Positions 1 through 8,608 of a stretch of 64,000 bases of DNA are shown here, piece by piece. Source of the DNA: Acidimicrobiales bacterium (GTDB lineage: Bacteria > Actinomycetota > Acidimicrobiia > Acidimicrobiales > UBA8190); the NCBI GenBank assembly GCA_035532735.1, contig DATKQM010000013.1:34670-98669 (forward strand), in the 5' to 3' direction. Below the pieces are notes generated by a model that saw only the letters and a list, made by a program, of their open reading frames with translations, did not search any database and was not told where the DNA came from. The translations under genes were made by a program, and so were the position numbers. Numbering within the stretch: the first letter of the stretch is position 1; the number at the start of each line of letters is the position of its first letter.

Positions 1-658
1 TCTCCTGTCGACGCCGGACCTCGTCGATGACGAAGAGCGTCTTGTGCCGCCCGCACAACGTCTCCACGGCCCGCCAGTACGCCTCCGAGGCGAGGTTGAC
101 ACCCTTGCCCTGGATGGGCTCGACCACGAAGCCGGCCACGTCTCCGCGCCGCAGCTCCTTCTTCGGCCTGTCGATGTCGCCGAATCCCACACACGTGGAG
201 GGCAGGATTGGGCCGAACCCGTCTCGGAACTCCCGCTCGCCGTTGAGCGACAACGTCCCCGTGGTGAGCCCGTGGAAGCCGTGGTCGCAGTAGAGGATCC
301 GGTCGCGCTCGGTGGCGGCCCGGGCGAACTTGATGACCGACTCGATGGCCTCGGCACCGGAGTTGGTGAAGAAGGCCCGCTCGATCCCGGGGTGTGACCG
401 GTTCACGAGCTCCTCGGCCAGGATCCCGGGCAACAGGGCACAGTCCATCTGGACGAGGTTGGGGAGATCGGCGTCGAGGGCATCGTGGATGGCCCGGGTG
501 ACCCCGGGGTGGCCTCGGCCCAGGGCGAACACCCCGAACCCCGACAGGAAGTCGAGGTACTTCCGACCGTCACCGTCGTAGAGGTAACAGCCCTCGCCCC
601 GCTCGTAGTAGTGGTCGAACCCGATCGTCTTGAGCACCCTGCCCATCTGGGGGTTCAT
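1..658 (-). CDS. Class-III (omega-type) PLP aminotransferase, N-terminal part only; gene runs off the left edge
   Basis: Absent from the ORF track (no stop in window). My reverse-complement translation from the ATG at 658 reads MNPQMGRVLKTIGFDHYYERGEGCYLYDGDGRKYLDFLSGFGVFALGRGHP...FFTNSGAEAIESVIKFARAAT...DHGFHGLTTGTLSLNG...GFVVEPIQGKGV...LFVIDEV. This motif order is typical of acetylornithine/GABA/putrescine-type aminotransferases. An in-frame TGA lies about 55 nt upstream of this ATG, so a non-ATG start in between is possible. Confidence 0.75.
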   Translation of the reverse strand, partial: MNPQMGRVLKTIGFDHYYERGEGCYLYDGDGRKYLDFLSGFGVFALGRGHPGVTRAIHDALDADLPNLVQMDCALLPGILAEELVNRSHPGIERAFFTNSGAEAIESVIKFARAATERDRILYCDHGFHGLTTGTLSLNGEREFRDGFGPILPSTCVGFGDIDRPKKELRRGDVAGFVVEPIQGKGVNLASEAYWRAVETLCGRHKTLFVIDEVRRRQE

Positions 659-1115
659 GTACTGCGCCTGCAGCCGGAAGTTCTCACCCCCGTCGGGCCC
701 GGAGGACTCCTTTCAACTCGAACGGCATCGATGAGCTCCTGAGCGGCGCGCGACCCGGCTCAGGATATCGGGGGTGCCATCAACGCTCCGGGCTCACCGT
801 CGGCGTTCTTCACACCCCCGAAACCGTCGCCGAGACGCTCACTCGCGCCGAGTCGGAGAACTGTCAGACGGTCTACGGTCCACGACCCGGTTTCGCTCGA
901 TCCACCGTCTCTGTCATCAACTCACCAACCTCTTGTCACCACCCCGCGCCGGCCCATCCGCCCCCTTGTCCGCCTCGGGCCAGGCCCCCATTTTCCCGCC
1001 GGGGAGTCAGACCGCGCTGCGTGAGAAGGACATCGGGACCAGGCACATTCCGGAAAGATTCACTGATTCCGCTGAGTGAGTTAATAACCGCCCTGAGTAT
1101 TCCGATATATGGAGG

Positions 1116-2738
1116 GTGACGAGTGACTCACTGGGGAACGAACGCGCCGTGGCCCCCACCGCCCGACGCCACCACCCGTTGTTCGCCCGGGCCGGCCTCC
1201 TGGCGGTGCTGGCACTGACGGTGGCGTTGGCGAGCGCGCTCTCGCCCGGGACCGCCAGCCGCTCCGGCCTGGCCTCGCCGAAGGGCCCGCCCGCCCCGGT
1301 GACGCCGTCGGTCAAGGCCAACAACGGTTCGGGATCGGGCGGCGGCCCCGGCGACCCGCCCGCCAACATCGCCCCGTCCCCGAACTTCCTCAACACCTGC
1401 ACGGGCGCCAACTTCGACAGCTCCACCGGGTGCCAGACGGCGACGCTGGCGGCCATCGCCAACGCCCGCAACCAAGAAGGCCTCCCCGGCATGGTCCTCC
1501 CGACCAACTGGGCCCAGCTCTCCCCCCAGCAGCAGCTCTTCGCCGCCACCAACCTGGAGCGCACCGTCCGCGGCCTTCCCCCGCTGTCGGCGATGGCGAC
1601 CGCGCTGGACCAGGCCTCGGCGTCGGCGGCCGTCGTGGACACCGACCCCTCTGCGCCGGCTGGGTTCCCCTGGTCGAGTTGGGGCGGGAACTGGGCCGGC
1701 GCGGTGGGCAGCCCCCTCGAGGCCATCTACTTCTGGATGTACGACGACGGACTGGGCTCCTACAACATCGACTGCACCACCGGGAACACCTCGGGGTGTT
1801 GGGGACACCGCAACAACATCTTGATTTCCCTGCGCTGTCAGCCCTGTCTCATGGGCGTCGGCTACGCCGCCACCGCCTACCGGGGCAACCCCAGCTGGAC
1901 CGAGCTCCTCGTCGACTCCTCGGGATCCTCGGCCCTCGACTTCTCCTGGAGCTCGCTCCTTCCCTACCTGCCCGCCACACCGGTGGCCCCGGTCCTGGCC
2001 GCTCCAGCCGTGGGCATCGCCTCGACGCCTGACGGCCAGGGTTACTGGCTGGTGGCTTCTGACGGTGGGGTCTTCGCCTTCGGCACGGCCGCCTTCGACG
2101 GCTCGATGGGGGGACGCCGCCTCGCCGCTCCCATCGTGGGCATCTCGTCGACCCCCGACGGACACGGCTACTGGCTCGTCGCCGCTGACGGCGGGCTCTT
2201 CGCCTTCGGTGACGCCGGCTTCTACGGCTCGATGGGTGGTGTCACCCTGGCCCGAAAGGTGGTGGGCCTGGCCTCGACCGCCGACGGACGCGGCTACTGG
2301 GAGGTGGCCGCTGACGGCGGGCTCTTCGCCTTCGGTGACGCCGGCTTCTACGGCTCGATGGGAGGCCGCCCCATCACCAAGCCCGTGGTGGGCATGGCCC
2401 CGACCCACGACGGACGCGGCTACTGGGAAGTGGCATCGGACGGCGGCATCTTCGCCTTCGGCGACGCGCCCTATCTCGGCTCGATGGGGGGCCGCCCCCT
2501 CACCAAGCCCGTCGTGGCCATGGCCAAGACCCCCGACGGGGCCGGTTACTGGCTGACGGCATCGGACGGCGGCATCTTCGCCTTCGGCGACGCGCCCTTC
2601 CGCGGATCGACCGGCGCCGTGGCCCTCCAGGCTCCGATCGTCTCCATGACCCCGTCGACGACCGCCGGCTACTGGTTGGCCTCCTCCGACGGCGGCATCT
2701 TCAGCTTCGGCGTCCCCTTCCACGGGTCGATGGGCTGA
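1116..2738 (+). CDS. Secreted protein: N-terminal signal/anchor, CAP/SCP(YkwD)-like domain, then six ~40-aa GYW...DGG.FAFGDA repeats (beta-propeller-like)
   Basis: 540-aa ORF with a GTG start just after GGAGG. Hydrophobic N-terminus LLAVLALTVALASA. CAP-like motifs NLERTVRGLPPL ... FWMYDD ... GHRNNIL ... GVGYA. C-terminal half is repeats. Confidence 0.8.
   Translation: MTSDSLGNERAVAPTARRHHPLFARAGLLAVLALTVALASALSPGTASRSGLASPKGPPAPVTPSVKANNGSGSGGGPGDPPANIAPSPNFLNTCTGANFDSSTGCQTATLAAIANARNQEGLPGMVLPTNWAQLSPQQQLFAATNLERTVRGLPPLSAMATALDQASASAAVVDTDPSAPAGFPWSSWGGNWAGAVGSPLEAIYFWMYDDGLGSYNIDCTTGNTSGCWGHRNNILISLRCQPCLMGVGYAATAYRGNPSWTELLVDSSGSSALDFSWSSLLPYLPATPVAPVLAAPAVGIASTPDGQGYWLVASDGGVFAFGTAAFDGSMGGRRLAAPIVGISSTPDGHGYWLVAADGGLFAFGDAGFYGSMGGVTLARKVVGLASTADGRGYWEVAADGGLFAFGDAGFYGSMGGRPITKPVVGMAPTHDGRGYWEVASDGGIFAFGDAPYLGSMGGRPLTKPVVAMAKTPDGAGYWLTASDGGIFAFGDAPFRGSTGAVALQAPIVSMTPSTTAGYWLASSDGGIFSFGVPFHGSMG
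2004..2735 (+). repeat. Six tandem ~40-aa protein repeats, consensus (T)PDG.GYW.VA.DGG.FAFGDA.F.GSMGG
   Basis: Read directly from the translation: TPDGQGYWLVASDGGVFAFG, TPDGHGYWLVAADGGLFAFGDAGFYGSMGG, TADGRGYWEVAADGGLFAFGDAGFYGSMGG, THDGRGYWEVASDGGIFAFGDAPYLGSMGG, TPDGAGYWLTASDGGIFAFGDAPFRGSTG, TTAGYWLASSDGGIFSFGVPFHGSMG. Confidence 0.85.
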
Positions 2739-2762
2739 ACCGCAGTGGGCTGAGCGTCAGCC

Positions 2763-4163
2763 TCAGCCCCGCGCACACGACGCGCCGGTCTCGCGCTCGT
2801 GACCCCGCCACCCCGGCGCGTCGCTCACAGGCCAGAAGTCGCCCGTGTCGGTGTCTTGGACATAGGGAACCGGCGACGCCTCTCCCGAGTTGGCCTGAGT
2901 TGCGATGACCGAAACGGCCTCGAGCAGGGTGTCGACGTCGGTCTCTGTGGTCGAGATCCCGCAACTGGCCCGCACCGCTCCGGGCATGAACCGGTGGTCG
3001 CCCGCCCTCACCTGTTCCCGGTAGGCGTCGACGTCGGCCGGTGACAGTCCGAGCAACCGGATGAGATAGGGATGGGCGCAGAAACAACCGTGTCTGACCC
3101 CGATGCCCCACTCCGCGCTCAACCGGGCCGCCACCAGGGCGTGGTCGACGCCCTCGACCACGAAAGCGGCGATAGCGAGCGTCTCGGTCTCGAGCGAGGG
3201 GCCGAGGACCCCGACGCCGGGGATACCGGCCAGGCCATGGCGTAGTCGCGTGGCCAGACCCTGCTCGTGGGCGGCGACGGCCTCCCACCCGATCCGGCCC
3301 AGCTCGTCGAGGGCGGCCTCGAGGGCGACGGCCCCGATGACGTTGGGCGACCCCGCCTCCTCGCGCTCGGGAGGCTCGGTCCACCACACCTCATCGAGGT
3401 CGACGAGGTCGACCGCACCTCCGCCAGCCAGGAAAGGATCACCGTCGGCGAAGGATCCGGCGGGACCAACGAGGACACCGGCGCCGAAGGGCGCGTAGAG
3501 CTTGTGTCCACTGAAGGCCACGTAGTCCGCCCCCGCGGGGATGGCCCGGTGCGGGGCGAGCTGGGCGCCGTCGAGGACGACCGGGACGCCCCGCTCATGG
3601 GCGGCCTCGATGATCGAACCCAGGGGGGGCAGCCATCCCGTCACGTTGGATGCTCCTGTGATGGCGAGCACACGGGGCCGCGGGTTCTGGTCGAGGCCAG
3701 CGATCACGTCGTCGGTGTCGAAGGTCCCGTCGACTCCGCACTCGACGTACCGCCGCAGTGCCACCCGCCCCCAGGGCAACAGGTTGGCGTGATGCTCGAC
3801 CACGGTGGTGAGCACCACGTCGTCGTCCTCGAACCGCAACCGGTAGGCGAGGTGGTTGAGGGCTTCAGTGGTGTTCCGACACAGGATGGCGATGTCACCA
3901 TCTCGTCCGGCGCCGGCGAAGGCGAGGGCGCTGGCCCGGGCGGACTCGTAGGCGGCGGTGGCCAGTCGTGACTTGTACCCCGCCCCCCGGTGCACGCTCG
4001 AGTACATGGGGACGAACTGGTCGACGGCGGTCATGACCGAGGGGAACGCGCTCGTCGAGGCCGCCGAGTCGAGGTTCACGTACCGCCGCTCGATGCCGTC
4101 GACGCACGGGACGTCCAGGCCGTCGCCCTCCAGTCGGGCAGGTGGGTCCACCGGGGATGTCAC
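2763..4163 (-). CDS. Class-V aminotransferase fold PLP enzyme (cysteine desulfurase/SufS-like family)
   Basis: 466-aa ORF. Contains YVNLDSAAST, HHANLLPW and the PLP-lysine motif FSGHKLYAPFGAGVLVG. Specific substrate not assignable. Confidence 0.85.
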   Translation of the reverse strand: MTSPVDPPARLEGDGLDVPCVDGIERRYVNLDSAASTSAFPSVMTAVDQFVPMYSSVHRGAGYKSRLATAAYESARASALAFAGAGRDGDIAILCRNTTEALNHLAYRLRFEDDDVVLTTVVEHHANLLPWGRVALRRYVECGVDGTFDTDDVIAGLDQNPRPRVLAITGASNVTGWLPPLGSIIEAAHERGVPVVLDGAQLAPHRAIPAGADYVAFSGHKLYAPFGAGVLVGPAGSFADGDPFLAGGGAVDLVDLDEVWWTEPPEREEAGSPNVIGAVALEAALDELGRIGWEAVAAHEQGLATRLRHGLAGIPGVGVLGPSLETETLAIAAFVVEGVDHALVAARLSAEWGIGVRHGCFCAHPYLIRLLGLSPADVDAYREQVRAGDHRFMPGAVRASCGISTTETDVDTLLEAVSVIATQANSGEASPVPYVQDTDTGDFWPVSDAPGWRGHERETGASCARG

Positions 4164-4297
4164 GGCCGAAGTCTACGGGGGGCCCGTCGCGCCCCTCAGA
4201 ACCTACGGCCGGTACCATCGGCGCGGTGGAACACGAGCTCACCGGGCCCGAGGCCCTCCACGCGCAGCCGCCGCTCGACACCGCGCCCGAGATCATC

Positions 4298-4636
4298 ATG
4301 GCGGGCCCCGATGACCATCCCGGTGGTCTCTACGACGACGCCGCGGCCTTGGCCGACGATGGCAGCGAGCTTGAGGACACCACGGGCGACCTCGACATCG
4401 CCGCTGACCTCGACATCGCCGCTGACCTCGACGCCAACGCTGACCTCGACATCGACGGATCGCTGTTGGACACGATCGAGCAAGAGCTCGAGGACGTGGA
4501 GCGGGCCCTGGCCATGCTGGACGAGGGCACCTACGGGCAGTGCGACCATTGCGGCCACGCCATCGACGACCACCTGCTGGTCACGGCGCCGACCACCCGT
4601 TTCTGCGCAGAGCACCTGCCCCTCTCTCTGCGCTGA
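4298..4636 (+). CDS. TraR/DksA-family zinc-finger protein with acidic repeat N-terminus
   Basis: C-terminus is LDEGTYGQCDHCGHAIDDHLLVTAPTTRFCAEH (CxxC ... CxxH). The track ORF starts at 4142 and overlaps the upstream convergent gene. I prefer the ATG at 4298, but an in-frame GTG near 4226 is also possible. Confidence 0.7.
   Translation: MAGPDDHPGGLYDDAAALADDGSELEDTTGDLDIAADLDIAADLDANADLDIDGSLLDTIEQELEDVERALAMLDEGTYGQCDHCGHAIDDHLLVTAPTTRFCAEHLPLSLR
4388..4456 (+). repeat. 18-bp in-frame tandem repeat x ~3.8 (GACCTCGACATCGCCGCT), encoding DLDIAA
   Basis: Units at 4388, 4406, 4424 (variant) and 4442 (partial), read directly from the sequence. Confidence 0.9.
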
Positions 4637-4659
4637 GGTTGCAACCAGGCCTTCTTCAA

Positions 4660-5079
4660 CTAGGCCTTCTTCGTCTCCCAGAACAATGTGTCGATCTCCT
4701 TGATCTGGTCGAGCAGGCCCTGGGCGACCTTGGGGTCGTTGGTCTTCTTCGACTCACCCGCCGCCTTGGTGGCCTTCCAGAACAAGTCGTGGAGCTGAGG
4801 GTGCTTGGCGAGGTGCTCGGGCTTGAAGTAGTCGGTCCACAGCACCCAGAGGTGATGCTTGACGAGGTCGGCCCGCTGTTCCTTGATGGCCACGGCCCGC
4901 TCTTTGAACACGGCGTCGTCCGACCCGTTGAATTTCTCCATGCACGCCTTCACGGACTCGGCTTCGATCCTCGCCTGGGCGGGGTCATACACACCACAGG
5001 GAAGGTCGCAGTGGGCGTGGGCCGTGCGGGGAGGGCTGATCCGGTCGACGGAGATCAGCAAACGGTCGAGGATGCGCAT
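4660..5079 (-). CDS. sodN: Nickel-containing superoxide dismutase precursor
   Basis: 139 aa. Leader MRILDRLLISVDRISPPRTAHA is followed by the Ni-hook HCDLPCGVYDP. The rest (AQARIEAESVK...KEQRADLVKHHLWVLWTDYFKP...IDTLFWETKKA) matches Streptomyces SodN closely. Confidence 0.95.
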   Translation of the reverse strand: MRILDRLLISVDRISPPRTAHAHCDLPCGVYDPAQARIEAESVKACMEKFNGSDDAVFKERAVAIKEQRADLVKHHLWVLWTDYFKPEHLAKHPQLHDLFWKATKAAGESKKTNDPKVAQGLLDQIKEIDTLFWETKKA

Positions 5080-5144
5080 GGACGGGACTCCTTCGTGCAG
5101 AGTGAAACGGTGAGGGTTGCGCTCACCTTACCCAGAGAAGGCGA

Positions 5145-5525
5145 ATGGTGAACCGGGCCGGGCAGGTTGGGGCCGTCGTCATCGTGGTGGCCTCGGCGAT
5201 CGCGTTCGCGGTGGTCCGACCCCGCCGGGTGGTGGTCGAAGGCATGAGCATGGAGCCGACCTTGGCGCCGGGCGACCGGGTCCTCGTCGTGCGGGCCCGG
5301 AGGCTCCACGCGGACGATGTCGTGGCCGTCGAGGATCCCCGCGACCCCCGGCGACTCCTCGTCAAGAGGATCGGGGCCGTCCTCGAGAACGAGATCGTCG
5401 TGCGGGGAGACAACCCCCAGGCCTCCACCGACAGTCGCGCCTTCGGGCCTGTCCCGACGAGCTCGGTCCTCGGCCGGGTCGTCCGCTGCTACAGCCCCTC
5501 GTGGCGGGCCGGCCCAGTCCACTGA
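5145..5525 (+). CDS. sodX: S26 signal-peptidase-like NiSOD maturation protease
   Basis: 126 aa, divergent from sodN. Catalytic-type motifs GMSMEPTL (Ser) and LVKRIGAV (Lys), plus GDN...S.DSR. Confidence 0.85.
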   Translation: MVNRAGQVGAVVIVVASAIAFAVVRPRRVVVEGMSMEPTLAPGDRVLVVRARRLHADDVVAVEDPRDPRRLLVKRIGAVLENEIVVRGDNPQASTDSRAFGPVPTSSVLGRVVRCYSPSWRAGPVH

Positions 5526-5551
5526 CCGGGGCGGGGGGTGCGGCGATCGCC

Positions 5552-6112
5552 ATGGAGCGGAGTACGCTCGCCGTGATGGCCTGGTTGGAAACTCAGCTCG
5601 AGCGCTTGCTCGCCATTGACTACCTCGACGGGCTCCCCGAGCGGTCGCTCGAGGATGTGCGCGCCATGCGCGCCGAGTGCCAGGAGGCCGAGACGGCGGT
5701 CTCCTACCTCCGGCGCATGGCGCAGGGCCGGTTGGATCTCGTCCACGCCTGTCTCGACCACCACGACGAAGGCGGCGACCTCGACTCGCTCGTGGAGCGC
5801 CTGCCCTCGATCATCGGCTCGGGCCCGGCCCGCCCCCAGGGATATGGCCGGCTCCCCTCGCAGATGTCACCCGACCTCGATCGCGAAGACCTGACCGAAG
5901 AGCTCGACGCCGTGCTCGACGCTGACCACACCGCCACCCTCACGACCATGAGCGAAGCCGAGCTCCGGACCGTGGGCGAACAGCTCACCGCCATCGAGCA
6001 ACGTATCTCCGATCAGCGCCGTGCCCTCCACGAGCGCATCGACACCCTCCAGGCGGAGATCGTCAGTCGGTACAAGACAGGCGAGGCGTCCGTCGACGGC
6101 CTGCTGGCCTGA
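5552..6112 (+). CDS. RsiG-like helical protein (putative c-di-GMP-binding anti-sigma-type coiled coil)
   Basis: 186 aa counted from the ATG at 5552; the track ORF (5117 start) is over-extended with Arg/Pro/Gly-rich junk. Contains ETAVSYLRRMAQGRLD (exact E-X3-S-X2-R-X3-Q-X3-D) and EQRISDQRRALHERID (Q to H variant). C-terminus is RYKTGEASVDGLLA. Confidence 0.5.
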   Translation: MERSTLAVMAWLETQLERLLAIDYLDGLPERSLEDVRAMRAECQEAETAVSYLRRMAQGRLDLVHACLDHHDEGGDLDSLVERLPSIIGSGPARPQGYGRLPSQMSPDLDREDLTEELDAVLDADHTATLTTMSEAELRTVGEQLTAIEQRISDQRRALHERIDTLQAEIVSRYKTGEASVDGLLA

Positions 6113-6144
6113 TCGACGTCTCGATCCCCGAGGGATTCCACGTC

Positions 6145-6579
6145 GTGCCCAAGCAACTCCCCGATCGCTGGGGCGATCTTGGTGCCTTCATCCGGGAACA
6201 GCGTTCCACCGCTCGGCTGTCGTTGCGGAGGCTCTCGGAGCTGGCCGGGATCTCCAACCCGTACCTCAGTCAGATCGAGCGGGGCCTGCGCCGCCCCTCG
6301 GCGGAGATCCTCCAGCAGATCGCCAAGGCCTTGCGCATCTCGGCCGAGACGCTCTACGTCCAAGCCGGCATCCTCGAGCCCGGCACGGGCGAGACCGACT
6401 TGGCCCGCGAGATCCTGGCCGATGCCCATCTCACCGAGGAACAGAAGCAGGCCCTCATCCGCATCTACCTGTCCTTCCGTCACGAGAACGAGGGCCAGCC
6501 CGGTCGCGATGACACCCCGGAGCCCCCGGAGCTCTCGGACCTGACGCCGGACTCCGCCGAGACATCGACAAGCGTGTAA
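6145..6579 (+). CDS. XRE-family helix-turn-helix transcriptional regulator
   Basis: 144 aa. HTH_3-type motif LSLRRLSELAGISNPYLSQIERGLRRPSAEILQQIAKAL. Confidence 0.85.
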   Translation: MPKQLPDRWGDLGAFIREQRSTARLSLRRLSELAGISNPYLSQIERGLRRPSAEILQQIAKALRISAETLYVQAGILEPGTGETDLAREILADAHLTEEQKQALIRIYLSFRHENEGQPGRDDTPEPPELSDLTPDSAETSTSV

Positions 6580-6652
6580 CCCCAGGCCGGACCGGCGCGA
6601 CGCACTTGGGCGCCGGACCGAGTCGACGAAGGTCCAGGTAGGCTCGTCGCCG

Positions 6653-7918
6653 GTGCGTCGACTCTCCGTGCTCTCCCTCCACACCTCCCCGCTGGCCCAA
6701 CCCGGGACCGGTGACGGCGGGGGGATGAACGTCTATGTCCGGGAGCTCTCGACGGCCCTCGCCCGAGCCGGCGTCGAGTGTGACGTCTACACCCGGGCCT
6801 GGTCCGACGAATTGCCGGCGACGGTGATGGTCGAGCCCGGGCTCCGGGTCCACCACGTGCCGGCGGGGCCGCTCGGGCCCATGGTCAAAGAGGAGCTCCC
6901 GACCGTCGTCGACGAGTTCACCGACAACGTCTTGTCCCTCATGACCTCGGGCGCTGGTGTCGACCCTTTGCTCCATGAGGAGACCGGTTTCGACGCCGTC
7001 CATGCCAATTACTGGTTGTCGGGCATCGCCGGCCATCGCATCAAGCACGCCCTCGACCTTCCCCTGGTGTCGACCTTCCACACCCTGGCCAGGGTGAAGG
7101 CCGAAGCGAGCCCCGAAGAGGTCTCGAGCGACGAGCCCCACCGTCGTGCCGAGGCCGAGGCCGCCGTCATGCGCTGTTCCGAAGTCGTCCTGGCGTCGTG
7201 CTCGGTCGAGGCGGCCCAGCTCGCCCAGCTCTACGACAGCAACCCCGCCCGCATCCGCGTCGTCGCACCCGGCGTCGACCACGCCTTCTTCGGTCCCGGC
7301 CACCGTCCCCAGGCCCGTCGCGCCCTGGGCTTGCCGGCGAGCTCTCCACTGCTGCTGTTCGTCGGTCGGATCCAACCTCTCAAGGGTGCCGACGTGGCCG
7401 TCCGCGCCCTGGCCGCGATGACCGAGCATCCCGACGCGTACCTCCTCATCGTGGGAGGGCCCAGCGGGCCACGTGGCGAGGACCACCTCGCCTCTCTCCA
7501 GAAGCTCGTCGACGACCTGGGATTGGCCGACCGCGTGCGCTTCGAGGAACCCCAGCCCCACGAGCTCCTCTCGACCTACTACCGCGCCGCGGACGTCTGT
7601 GTCGTGCCCAGTCGTTCGGAGTCCTTCGGATTGGTGGCCCTCGAGGCCGCCGCGTGCGGGATACCGGTCGTCGCCGCCGCGGTCGGGGGTCTCACCACCC
7701 TCGTCGAGCACGGCCGGACCGGACTGGTCGTCGACCCTTCGACACCGCAGGCCTTCGCCGACGCCGCCTCGGGGATCCTGGCCGACCCGTTGCTGGCCGA
7801 GCGCCTGGCCACCGCGGCGGTGGTCCGTTCCCGTCGCTACACCTGGGCCCAGGCCGCGTCACTGCTCCGTGCCACCTACGAGGAGCTCACCGCCGAGCGA
7901 CTCGTCGAGTGTCGTTGA
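6653..7918 (+). CDS. mshA: D-inositol-3-phosphate glycosyltransferase (mycothiol biosynthesis)
   Basis: 421 aa. N-terminus LSLHTSPLAQPGTGDGGGMNVYVRELS is the hallmark MshA motif. GT4 C-terminal motifs VVPSRSESFGLVALEAAACGIPVV. Confidence 0.92.
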   Translation: MRRLSVLSLHTSPLAQPGTGDGGGMNVYVRELSTALARAGVECDVYTRAWSDELPATVMVEPGLRVHHVPAGPLGPMVKEELPTVVDEFTDNVLSLMTSGAGVDPLLHEETGFDAVHANYWLSGIAGHRIKHALDLPLVSTFHTLARVKAEASPEEVSSDEPHRRAEAEAAVMRCSEVVLASCSVEAAQLAQLYDSNPARIRVVAPGVDHAFFGPGHRPQARRALGLPASSPLLLFVGRIQPLKGADVAVRALAAMTEHPDAYLLIVGGPSGPRGEDHLASLQKLVDDLGLADRVRFEEPQPHELLSTYYRAADVCVVPSRSESFGLVALEAAACGIPVVAAAVGGLTTLVEHGRTGLVVDPSTPQAFADAASGILADPLLAERLATAAVVRSRRYTWAQAASLLRATYEELTAERLVECR

Positions 7919-7943
7919 CGCCGTAGACCCCGGGCTAGGTCGC

Positions 7944-8420
7944 GTGCCCCGAGCCGACATCGCCTCGCCTGAGGAGCGCGCCGCCTGTGATGCGGTCATC
8001 GAGAAGTGGACCGCGGCGCGCTTGGCCGAAGGCGGTGCCGTCGTCGCCGTGGACTACCAGGCCGGGGCCGGTCGCTGGTATCTCCGCCTGCTTGGGGACG
8101 AGAAGGACTTCGTCACGGTGTGGCTGACGATCCGTCAGCGCACCCTGCACCACGAGACCCAGGTCATGCCGGCGCCGGAGGTGAACGTCGAAGCGACATT
8201 CGAGTACCTCTTGCGTCGAAACGCCGATCTCCATCAGATGCGGTTCACCCTGGGTGCGGAGGATGCCGTCTACCTCGTGGGCGAGATACCCGTCAACGCC
8301 GTCACCGAGGACGAGCTCGACCGCATCGTGGGATCGAGCCTCGCCTACGTCGACGACTGCTTCCCCACGGCCATGGCCATCGGGTTCGCCGGTCGCTACC
8401 GCCGCCGCCGGCCCGCCTGA
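7944..8420 (+). CDS. YbjN-domain protein (Rv0487-like, conserved partner downstream of mshA)
   Basis: In-frame GTG at 7944 just after the mshA stop; the track ORF start at 7473 overlaps mshA. Sequence ...RWYLRLLGDEKDFVTVWLTIRQRTLHHETQVMPAPE...FEYLLRRNADL. Confidence 0.7.
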   Translation: MPRADIASPEERAACDAVIEKWTAARLAEGGAVVAVDYQAGAGRWYLRLLGDEKDFVTVWLTIRQRTLHHETQVMPAPEVNVEATFEYLLRRNADLHQMRFTLGAEDAVYLVGEIPVNAVTEDELDRIVGSSLAYVDDCFPTAMAIGFAGRYRRRRPA

Positions 8421-8494
8421 CATGTGGCGCCACTCGGCGTGACCTAGTCGGCGTAATGCGTCACGCGCCGGCCATCGCGCCTTCGGCGCGACGT

Positions 8495-8608
8495 GCGCGC
8501 GTCGCATGCATGCACTTCACACGAGCGCGCGTCACACGGCGCATTGCACACGACGCGCACGGCGCGGCGCGTCGGCGAACTGTCGCGGTTTCTCCCATAG
8601 CGCGCGTC
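8495..8608. repeat. Three exact copies of the 9-mer GCGCGCGTC plus related CG-rich palindromes in the proC upstream spacer
   Basis: Copies at 8495-8503, 8525-8533 and 8600-8608. Also GCATGCATGC (8504-8513) and GCGCGC-GTC-GCGCGC (8600-8614). Confidence 0.6.

Noticed and set aside
1128-2723. 531-aa minus-strand ORF antisense to the CAP/repeat protein gene
   Set aside because: The Arg/Gly/Ala/His-rich translation has no motifs. It is a typical shadow ORF of a high-GC gene, and the plus-strand frame has clear domains and repeats.
5117-5551. N-terminal 145 aa of the track ORF 5117..6112
   Set aside because: It overlaps sodX in another frame and is Arg/Gly/Pro-rich. The helical RsiG-like sequence begins at the Met at 5552.
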